From Anthoceros angustus (Eukaryota; Plantae; Anthocerotophyta), in contig MU008167.1 in the NCBI GenBank assembly GCA_010909165.1, positions 1,426,001-1,490,000 of the forward strand: DNA of 64,000 nt. The letters are read 5' to 3'. Made by a program: the position numbers and the translations under genes. The notes under the pieces were generated by a model. That model ran no database searches and was not told the DNA's origin. It worked only from the letters and a program-made list of their open reading frames with translations. Positions 1 to 10,339 of the stretch are shown here, piece by piece (within the stretch, counting starts at the first letter, position 1; each line of letters starts with the position of its first letter).

Positions 1-1712
1 TCTCTGGTCCTCAGCCGATATAGGTTGTGTGTGATGTCGACAAGCGCATTATATCTCTGAATTTTGCGCATTATATCTCTGAATTTTGGATGTCCTAGAT
101 CTAATCATGATGCTTATGCATATCAAAGAATGCGTGTCTAGAAGAATTGTGCCTCACACTTAAGTACAGTAATTTTGGGTGATTCAGCATATTCTTTATC
201 ACAGTTTAAATTCCAGCTTGTAGAGCTCTAGCATGTCAAGAGAATGTAGAGTTCAACTACTACGGTCAAGTCTGGATGGGGTTCTTTGAACAAAAAGTTA
301 GAATTCAAACTAGAAAAATAAATTTTATACATACTCTGGATAGCATGACATTACTCTCAGCTTTAGCCTTGCAACTAGGTGGAAGGCATTTCTAAAGGAG
401 TTTGTGGTCCTAGCATCCTGTGCACTAGGTCCTACATCAAGTTTTGAAGGTGTCTATCTACTATTTTTTGTGGCAGTGATTGTTTTAGTTTTATGAGCGG
501 AGGTTGAAGATGGTGAGGTAGACATCGTTCATTTGGTCCCTGCATGCACACCATGTCCAGCAGGCTTGCCTGCACTTTGAGTGAAATCATCCAAGTTAGT
601 TTCATTTTTAAGATGGGCGTCCAAGTCCATATATTCAGTGTCATGAGGGTGGATAAGCTCTTCCTCAACAACGTGCACGGGGGTTGAACCTTTCAAATTG
701 ATGGGCTATTGGGTTGGCTGTAGAGTGTCTTCTACCTCAATTCAATGTCTACAGGCTCACCATGCAAAGGTGAGGTGAAGTTATCATCAAGTAACATTTG
801 TAGCTGTCCTCCAGATGTGTCTTGTATGCCATGCTTGTACTAAAAATGGGGCTGCACATTTGCTTTCGTTCCAAACAGCTTGTCCATTCGATGAAAGTAC
901 AGGCATAAGAGTTACACCTTTTTGTCGAGCATATGAATTATCTTTGCTCTATCAATATCATCTATGCCAAAACTTGTTGTCCCCATCAGTGCCTTTGTCT
1001 TCACATCTGCTTGTAAGTTTTGGATCTTTCCCTCCCTTGCTCGCTTGTGTGACGTGTTCTACCATTTGTTTTAGCCCGCTGCGGATGTCAGATGGCTATG
1101 GCCAATAGATGTCTTACCTTCCTCTCCCCATATCATAGGTCTGTTTGTAGGATTTTCCATCCAAGTAACAATGGTATCAAAGTTTGCCAACGTCAGGTGT
1201 GCCTGTTTTGTTGTAGAGTGCAACATTTTAAGGGCAGGCAGCCCCTTTTTCTTGACAATTTTTTTGCCCTGTGATAATATATAGAAGATGTAGTGTTCTC
1301 CATGCTAAAGCGCTGCAAAATCACATATCATTGTGAAAAAAGTGAGACCAAAAACCTCACCATCATTGCTAATTAGAAGCTGAACAATGGCAAATTAGTT
1401 GAGGATGAAGGTGATAAAAGTCATAATTGCCAAGGCGACAGTGGGCGCCCTCCCGCCTCGCTCGCCCAGGTCAGACTCCTACCGTTACGCGCTACCGCCT
1501 CGCTCGCCCAAGCCGTGCTCTTACCGCTTTGCTCGCCCAGGCCGTGCTCCTACGGCATGAGCCGCACCTCGGGTCACCCGGCCACCGCTTTACAAAATTT
1601 AATACGCTGAGGTGGCTTGGTCTGATACGACGCATTGTACTTCAAGAAAAAACCCTCCCAAACACAAATACGGCGTATGTAATAGGCGTCCAATCTCAAC
1701 TATGACACGCCC
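1..1712. mobile_element. Decayed PIF/Harbinger DNA transposon, right portion: transposase C-terminus on +, Myb/SANT-like ORF relic on -, subterminal repeats and candidate TIR
   Basis: The + strand at ~88-330 reads GCPRSNHDAY...ILGDSAYSL, matching the Harbinger DDE motifs G.PGS.HDA and LGDSAYPL. The - strand at ~560-1250 reads NFDTIVTWMENPTN...GKT and FHRMDKLFGTKANVQP, interrupted by stops, as expected for the convergent second ORF. CGCCTCGCTCGCCCA-like repeats occur x3 at 1454-1540. The end ...GACACGCCC (1704-1712) is followed by TAT and resembles a GGGC-type Harbinger TIR. Confidence 0.6.
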
Positions 1713-2214
1713 TATTGAGCTAGATCTGATTTACTATCTTATTGGGTATGTAAAATCTCTTACGCAAGCTTCGGTTCCATAAAGTTTGCGTCCGGTTTCT
1801 ATTCGGGCACACTCAGAGTGAACTGCGAGTACTGGACCGTAAGTGGCGAAGAGCCGTGAAATCACGGGAGACGATTCTGATAATCGTGCCCACTTGGGTG
1901 GATCCCGTCCTGAATTCTTGCAGGGAACCTCGATTGAATGCTGAATCCCTGATGCTGTTCCACGGCAAGGACTGTGGAAGCAGGATTGGTTGGAATGTTG
2001 TCGCAGAGGTCGTGAGCAGCTGTGAATGCGGATCGAGCTGGCCATGACGGCACAGTTTTGGATCCAGGTGCGGCAGCCATGCTTTGTCGAGGCAGATCCG
2101 CAGCTGGTGATCTGACCTGACCTTGTTTCGGGGGAGGAGCGGGGTGGGAGTCTTGGATTAGGGCGGGGTTGGTATCAGTGTCGCGAGCCCTAGCAGAGGG
2201 CTGTAGCCGGCAGG

Positions 2215-3192
2215 ATGGGGTGGTGGGAGCAGGTTTTAGCAGGAGCAGGATTTTTGGGGATCGGGCTGTATCAGGCCTTCAGTCTGGTGAAGAATCACAG
2301 GAAGTCTGGAGGAAAGAGGCTGCAGTCGGAATTCAGAGTGGGGAAGCTGACTGTAAATTTGGTGGATGTGTATGCTGTTGCCTGCGTGGCCACGCTGCAC
2401 ATAATTGCCAATTTGCTGCCCGTCTTCAAGCTGCATACGGATGGTTACAGCCCGGGGGCTGCTATTCGGCTTGAGCGAACTGCAGTGGCATGGGTGTTTT
2501 TGGTGTATGCTCTCATTGTTTTGATCAGCGAGGGCACTACTCTTTTGCCGGTTCCTCCAGCCATTCTTCAACTGATGGCAATCGGGGCTTTTGTGGAGGA
2601 GTTCTTGTTGTTCCACTTCGCAGGACCCAGTTCTGGGCTGGAGGGGCAGTACCACTCCCTCCTTCTGGTTCCCATAGGTGTCTGCATAGCTTCTACTGTT
2701 TTGGAAATGGTGCACCCAAAGGCTTTGGGCCCCCCTCTGGTACGCAGCCTTGCACTTGTCCTGCAGGGCACCTGGTTCTTCCAGATTGCTACCTCCCTGT
2801 TCTCTAGCTGGATATCGTTGGGCTGTGAGCTGGACGAGAGAAGTGAGGGTGACTACACTGTCACCTGTGACAGCATGTCAAATATGCACAGAGCCCGAGC
2901 CATCGCCACCTTGCAGTTCAATCTCCACCTTGCTGCTCTCCTTATCTTCTCGCTTCCAGCTTTCTCTCTTCTGTCCAAGGTATACAGCAGCCCCAGGCAT
3001 TACGAACGTCTGGGGGAAAATGAGGTCCCTGATGAAGCCAGAGAGCTTTTCGAGCTGAAGGATTCTTCTGGAAGGAGCTTTCAACAGCCCACCTATGTTT
3101 TGGAAGATGAGGAGGAGCAAGAGGAACAAGAGGAGGAGGTACTGTCTAAGAACTCCCCTGACGGTAATGGCTTTCATAGAGTTTCCATCTGA
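2215..3192 (+). CDS. DUF716 / TMEM45-like multi-pass membrane protein, single exon, 325 aa
   Basis: Intact ATG..TGA ORF with ~7 hydrophobic segments. Motifs H.LLLVPI..C, LQGTWFFQ and RA.AIATLQFN.HLA are typical of plant DUF716. Acidic C-terminal tail. Confidence 0.85.
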   Translation: MGWWEQVLAGAGFLGIGLYQAFSLVKNHRKSGGKRLQSEFRVGKLTVNLVDVYAVACVATLHIIANLLPVFKLHTDGYSPGAAIRLERTAVAWVFLVYALIVLISEGTTLLPVPPAILQLMAIGAFVEEFLLFHFAGPSSGLEGQYHSLLLVPIGVCIASTVLEMVHPKALGPPLVRSLALVLQGTWFFQIATSLFSSWISLGCELDERSEGDYTVTCDSMSNMHRARAIATLQFNLHLAALLIFSLPAFSLLSKVYSSPRHYERLGENEVPDEARELFELKDSSGRSFQQPTYVLEDEEEQEEQEEEVLSKNSPDGNGFHRVSI

Positions 3193-4335
3193 ACTCCTAG
3201 AATTTTGCACACACTCACGGCAGCTTGGCTGTTTTCGGAGCTGGAATTCGGCATGATTGAGGAAAAAAGTGTTACATACTGAGTAAGAATCACTGCCGGT
3301 CATTGAGGTGTTATTTAGAGGCATAGGGTAGGTGACGTTGTTTAGAGTAGGATGGATGGTTGATGCAACAAGTCTGCCATACATCCTTTTGTGCTGTTTC
3401 TACATCGTTTTTGCAAGTCATGCTTAAGATGTCCCAGTAGAGGAGTCGTTTTTGTCCTAGTAGAGGAGCCTTTTTTGCACCAGAGTTGGAGAACGTAGAG
3501 AGGAACGTGTGTTAGCGGCAAGACCTGCGCCTACGCAGCTCTTTGTTTCATTTTCCCGACGTTCCTCACAAGCAGCTTGTGCATAGTGAGTGTCCTGCTT
3601 GTGGAACTTCAATCTTGTCGAGGTGTTCTGCGAGGGAATCAAAGCTTGGATTTGGACTGCTTAGACGGATTTTTTGTGTGGCCTGGCAGTTCTGCTCTGG
3701 CTTCATTTGGCAACAATCTATTTTGTTCTTCTTACGATGTCCGCTGCACTTCTGTCATGTTAGAGCATGACTGCGGTGGTGGGAGAGCTTCGCATTAGTG
3801 TAATTTTTCCAAAGTACTGTTCCTCCGGGGTAGCTAATCGAGGAGCGCATATACCGTAACGCTTTCCGTGAACAACAAAAGAACCAGAATTTGAATGCTG
3901 CCGCTTGTCAGTTCATACATATAGACCGGCTACATGGCATGTTCAATGTACCGGATGGTGAAGATAACAAGAATGGCTGCCGGCATTGGCCTGCATTGTC
4001 CCAAATATGTCCGACGGAGTACGTGCCTCGGAAAGTCGGATGTCCTCGATTGGGCCGTTGTGTGAGGTTGCAGAGAGACAAGGAATTTTGTTTCTTCTAT
4101 CGGAAGACGAAGACTCTGACGTTCACGAGCTGTGAGATAAAAGGAAGCGAGCAGCGCACATTTCTTATCAAAGTCTCAGCTACTCTATCCTCAGGCCTTC
4201 CGGATCATCATCTGCAAGTCGCTGCTCAAACTGTAAGAACGTGCTGAGGCAGAGCTCAGAGTTGTATCTCATGTTGCTTTGACGCCAATGTGAGCACCTT
4301 GCGAACTGTTTTTCTCTACTTCAGGTTCTGTAAGG

Positions 4336-5282
4336 ATGACGCTAGCTACTGCTCCAGCACCGATCAAGGTGTATGGCCTGGGCCCCTCTACCTGCACAGC
4401 TAGAGTCCTTGCTGCCATCTTCGAGAAGGAAGTGCAGGATTGGGAGCTCGTTACAATTAACATCATGACAGGGGAGCACAAGCAGCCTGAATTTCTGACC
4501 AAGCAGGTGATTAAACGTGTGTATTTCCTGGTTCATTCAACGCTCCTCTTTCCGTATCCCTTTTCAGTGTTCAATTGTTTGATTCCCTTATTTTTTTCAT
4601 TGCTGAGCAGCCTTTCGGTCAGATTCCTGTTCTTGAGGACGGCGATCTGGTTCTTTTCGGTAAGCTCCTGAATACTCTGTTCCTCCAGCTTCATTTCCAT
4701 CAATATCAGGGCATCCATCTAGCTATCTTCTATAGATACCATGCGATTCCAACTGGAATGCTGACAGCAGCCCGGGAGTGACTCGGATTCCTAAACTTCA
4801 TCGATTGGTCTTGTGTCTCCTGGTGTTTAGAATCACGAGCAATTAACAGGTACATTGCGATCAAATATGACGGCCAGGGAACAGACCTGCTGGGGACGAC
4901 AGCGAAGGACAAAGCACTTGTGGAGAACTGGCTGGAAGTGGAGAGCCAGAACTTCAACCCTCCTATTAAGTCCATCGTGTTTCAGTTAGTGTTCGCTAAA
5001 TGGTTTGGAAGGGAAACTGACCCCGAAGTGGTCGCTGCTGAGCTCCCCAAATTGGAGGCAGTGCTGGATATCTACGAGGCGCGACTTTCCAAGAGCAAGT
5101 ACCTGGCTGGCGATTTTTTCAGCTTAGCGGAGGTTGCACATCTGCCCTACTTGCACTACCTGGTGAACGTGGGCCAGCTCTCAGACCCCGTCACCAGCCG
5201 CAAACATGTGAACGCATGGTTCCAGGACATCACCTCCAGACCCGCGTGGAAGAAGTATTTAGCCCTTGTTTCCCCACAGTAA
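4336..5282 (+). CDS. GSTF: Phi-class glutathione S-transferase; exons 4336-4506, 4611-4659, 4831-5282
   Basis: YGLGPSTCTARV, GEHKQPEFL, QPFGQIPVLEDGD, ESRAI, YLAGDFFSLAEVAHLP. GT-AG introns, with the 49-bp second exon typical of phi GSTs. Confidence 0.95.
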
Positions 5283-5752
5283 TTCTTGTTCAGGCCTTGC
5301 CCGTCAGTGCTTGCGAAACAAAAGTTGAAAGCTATCGCGAAATCGCGGTAACCAGAAGGGTTTTAACATTGTTTGTTTTCGATTTGCTTTGCAAATCGAA
5401 GGTCACAGGTTTCTGAATACAAAGTGAGTTACACTAGCTAGTAGCTCACAGTCCATTGGAACATAAACAAAACACAGTCGGGAAAAAATGTGGGCATTGT
5501 GTACGAGATTGCAGCACATGATGCGAAAACAAACCCCTCCCTCGAACAGTACAGTTCGCGAGCGGGTTGAGACGCTGCACGCAAAAGTGTTCCCATTACT
5601 CACTCTGACATCATCGAGTTGGAGTAGTTCCCTAACGAGAGCTTGAAAGCACTGCGGGCTGCAGCTCTTAAGTCTTCTGGTACTCTGAATTCCACCCAAA
5701 GCTGGGTGGTAGGAAGAGAAATTTACATATTCCCTAGCTGCTTGCCTCTACG

Positions 5753-8700
5753 TCAGCTCTGGGCATACGCCAAAGGTTCGGCCCCGTCAGATTGCTGTGG
5801 CTGGACCCCTTCGGCATCTATCGTCTCGCCGATTGAGAGCGTCTTGAATGTTAGCTTTTGCTGCGGAAGATTGTTGGCAGATGCACTAACCTCCGTGTCT
5901 ACCAACACGGTATCTTCTTCCTTGAACACCCCTTTCAGAATGCCTCTTGCCAGCTCATTTTCCACGTTCTGCTGAATTACTCGTTTCACAGGCCTTGCGC
6001 CGTAGTTGGGGTCGTATCCAAGACTTCCCAGTAACTGGACTGCACTTTCAGTAACTTTCAGAGTAATTTTGCGATCCTTCAACCTCTGTTGTACCCGAGC
6101 CAGCTGAGCAACAGACAGCAAACCGATCAGCATGCACGTTACATCTTACAACGAAGCAGCAGACGCCCAAAAGACACAGATCTTTTGTCCCCAAGAATAT
6201 TACCTGAAGTCGGACGATTCTGCTGATCTGCTCCCGACTCAAAGGCTGGAACACGATGTATTCATCCACACGGTTCATAAACTCAGGGCGAAATGTTCGC
6301 CGAGCAGCATTCAGAACCCGGCTCTTTATGGATTCGTAACTCTGCTCTGCTGGGTCCCCTTCGTTGTTGATAACATACTCTGATCCAACATTGGAGGTCA
6401 TTATGATCACGGTGTTAGTGAAGCTCACAGTCCTGCCTTGAGAATCTGTGACTCTTCCGTCGTCCAAAATCTGAAGAAAGATGTTAAAGACATCTGAGTG
6501 TGCCTTCTCGATTTCGTCAAACAACAGAACAGCGTAAGGTCTCCTCCGGACCGACTCCGTTAGTTGTCCACCTTCCTCATAGCCCACATAACCAGGTGGG
6601 GCACCAATCAACCTGGAAACTGCATGCTTTTCCATGTATTCACTCATGTCTATTCTCACCATTGCTTCCTCTGTATTAAACAGGTAAGAGGCAAGCGTCT
6701 TGGCCAGCTCAGTTTTTCCAACCCCAGTGGGTCCCATGAACATAAAACTGGCAATCGGTCGGTTTGGGTCAGACAGCCCAGCCCGTGATCTTTGAATCGC
6801 CTCAGCCACAGCAATGACCGCAGGATCTTGACCTATCACCCTTTTGTGCAACTCCTCATCAAGATGCAACAGCTTCTCCCTCTCTGATTGTTGAAGTTTT
6901 GACACAGGAATCCCTGTCCACTTACTTACAATCTCTGCAATATCATTTCCTGTGACTTCCTCACGTAACATGGATTTCCCTGTGTTTTGATAATCATCCA
7001 AAGCCTTCTCCGCAGCCTCCAGCTGTCGTTGAAGGGACATTAAGCTGCCATACTTCAGTTCGGCAGCTCGGTTGAGATCATAGTCACGCTCTGCTTGTTG
7101 AATCTCAATATTGACTCTGTCAACCTGTACTCTCATTGCACAGAACGTAAAAACTAGTCAGCGCACACATTCTCTTCAAAATGGACAGGAGATGCACAGA
7201 CACTATAGCCAAAGGTTTACCTCTTCTTTTATGGACTGAATACGTGTCATCACTGACTTCTCATGTTCCCACTGGTCCGTTAGCTCCTTTTGTCTCTGTT
7301 TAAGAGACTCCAACTCGGTTACAAGTCTAGTGAGCCGGTCCTTTGAGGCTTTATCTGTGTCATTCCCCAGGGAAAGCCTTTCCATCTCTAACTTCAACAC
7401 AGCCCGATCAATTTCGTCCAGGGCTGTTGGCTTAGAAGTGATCTCCATCTTCAGTTTGGCAGCTGCTTCATCCACCAGGTCAATAGCTGCCACCATGACG
7501 ACATCAAGTTAGAAAAAAGCTCAGCACATACAGGTAACTGTCATGTACGCTTTGCGTTGACTGATGCAGGCAAGAAGACAAACCTTTGTCAGGCAAAAAT
7601 CGATCACTGATGTAGCGGTCCGCTAGCATCGCAGCTTCCACAAGGGCACTGTCAGATATCCTTACACCATGATGCAGTTCATATCGTTCCCGTAACCCTC
7701 GAAGTATTGAGATTGTATCCTCAACAGACGGTTGATCTACATATACTTGCTGAAATCTCCGCTCCAGTGCAGGATCTTTCTCTATGTACTTGCGATACTC
7801 ATCCAAAGTAGTGGCACCAATGCATCGGAGCTCCCCTCGTCCAAGCATTGGTTTCAACAAGTTCCCTGCATCCATGGCGCCATTGGTTGCACCTGCTAGA
7901 AGACACGACCTTGTCAGAACCAATCAGGTGAAGCTATTTGATTTGACGGACATGTTGACCGACTCTCAAAATACCTGCCCCAACAACAGTGTGAATCTCA
8001 TCAATAAACAGTATGATCTGCCCGTCTGACTCTGTAACTTCTTTGAGAACAGCTTTAAGCCGGTCTTCAAATTCTCCCCGAAATTTAGCCCCAGCAATTA
8101 AAGCACCCATGTCGAGGGAAATCAGCTGCAGAAAAGAACCTCAAAATCAACAAATTGTGTGACCCGAGGATCCCACGAGCTTGTGGAAACCAATTGTAAC
8201 TAAGAAGATACCTTTCTGTTCATCAGAGCCTGCGGTACATCTCCTTGTACAATCCTTTGAGCTAACCTGTAGAGGCCAGCAGCAAGGACAGCGCCAATCA
8301 GCAACCCACATCAACGGGCTCCCCTGAAAATTTCAAGAACTCGTACCGTCAACCTACCCTTCTGATATGGCTGTTTTCCCAACTCCAGGTTCTCCGATCA
8401 AAACGGGATTGTTCTTTGTTCTTCTGGAAAGAATCTGAATAGACCTCCGGATTTCATCATCTCGGCCAATAACAGGGTCCAGCTTGCCTTGCCTTGCCAT
8501 CTCCGTCAAGTCCTTCCCATACTTTTCAAGAGCCTCATATTTGCCCTCAGGATCTGGTAATCACACATACACACCCCCTCAGCCTCAGCTGCCTCAGCTT
8601 ACAAGACAACCACACTTCAGCCACCGCCAGCCTCCTCAACCATGGGCCATGCTACCAAAACTTTACCTTGGTCAACAACTTTCTGTGATCCACGAACAGC

Positions 8701-9666
8701 CTGGATTGCAGCATTCAACGCCTTTGGTGACAATTGGAACTCTTTGAAAAGCTGCTGCCCGAACCGCTTATCTTGATTGAACCCGAGCACCAAGTGCTCA
8801 ACAGACACAAAAGAGTCACCAAACTCTTTCTTGTGATTCCGAGCTCTGTCAATAAGACCCTCCAAGTCTCGTCCAAGCATGGAGCCACTGTTGTCACCCA
8901 TCACCTGCGCTTGAGAAGGGGTACAGGTCAGAGCCGATCATCATTAAATGGCCTCGGACACAAAATGAATACTGCCTTGGAATACATGACTTGGGACTAC
9001 TCACCTTAGGTTGCCTCTGAATGAAGCGGTCAGTAGCTTGGAGCAAGGACGTGTTGTCAATGCCGGCTTTGGCAAAAATGCGCCGTGCAAGACCATTTCG
9101 TTGCTCCAGCAGCGCCTTCATCAAGTGCTCAGTTTCCACAATCTGCTGCTTACTCTCCTTGGCCACTTCGGGAGAATTCAAAATCGCGCTCCAGGCCTGT
9201 TCAGTAAATTCTGCTTGATTGATCTGCAACACACGATGCCACGAGCCAAATGAGAACACACAAAAGCTGCCACATTTTACGATTCTATCCACTCTAGCAA
9301 CACAGAAATCCAAAACTGACAATCAAAACCTACTCTTCCATCTCGCGCAGACTCAGCCCGTGGAGTAGTAACAAAACTCCGCCTCCTTTCACACCTCCGC
9401 ACACTCCTAGTGGCTGCAAATTCGGACTGCCGAAGTCCTACAAACGGCTGAAACCCCCTAGGCCTCAATTCCCCCGCCCGGACCGCCACAAGCCGCTGGT
9501 GCAGGCCCTGCACCTTCCCCCTCCCCGCCGCAGGTCTGACATGCTGCGCTTGCGGAGCCGAAAAATTCTGCACCCTGCCAGACTCCGGCAGAGCAGACTG
9601 CACTCCAGGCGGAGCTCTGGACAGGTTCGCGGCTGCCGCCTGCAGCACCGTCAACGACGACGCCAT
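5753..9666 (-). CDS. CLPB3: Plastid ClpB/Hsp100 chaperone with N-terminal transit peptide, multi-exon
   Basis: Transit-like [13 protein letters not shown]..., then [34 protein letters not shown]. Walker A motifs GEPGVGKT and GPTGVGKT, plus [19 protein letters not shown] and [24 protein letters not shown] introns; TGA at 5753-5755. Confidence 0.96.
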
Positions 9667-9888
9667 GGCCGACAAATCCCGCCGCGCCCCCCCAGAAAGC
9701 GCCCTAGCTAGCTGCAGCGCCAGGCCGTGAAGCTCCCACTCCGGAATTGCACAAAACCGACAATCTCCGGGCGCTCCCACTGCGAATCCCGCAATCCCTC
9801 AGGCAAAGGCTGGCTCAAAGCAGATGCTTGTGCCTTCGATTCCTAACCGTCCCTCGCTGCGATCAATCTTGCACGTTGCAATTGGAAG

Positions 9889-9928
9889 TTATAACCACTG
9901 TGCGAGGAGAGGAAGACAGTTCCTGAAG
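9889..9928 (-). promoter_or_regulatory. Heat-shock element plus TATA-like box of ClpB3
   Basis: aGACa-gTTCc-tGAAg (9914-9928) gives three alternating nGAAn-type pentamers with one mismatch. It lies ~20 bp upstream of TTATAA (9889-9894) and ~250 bp upstream of the ClpB3 ATG. A copy sits at 11751-11765 inside the duplication. Confidence 0.6.
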
Positions 9929-10339
9929 CGTAGATCATTGGCGTGCTCGTCACGCTCCCATGGAGGGCGCAGTTCGCACCTCCAGAACGTGGTAGAAAAG
10001 AGCTACCGCTCCGGCCTAGACCATTCCAGACGCAGCCGGAAGCTCCCAGCAAAGAGAGGAGAGAGAAGACAGAGGCCGTCATCAGTCGTGGCGCGTGACT
10101 GCCCACGCGTCATCCATCCAGGCCCCTTCTCATTGTTCTCACATGCCCACCAAAAACACACCTCAGCTAATTTCATTCAATTCAAATTGCGATTGGTCTG
10201 ACCTAATCCCGGATCAGCATGGCCGAATGGCGTCGCATCTCATGAACCTATATACATAAAGTACTTCCCTTCAGTAGTTTTATAAGATTTGTTTCACTGC
10301 ATATTGTCCAACCCATTCCCAGGGGCAGGTTATGCAGGC

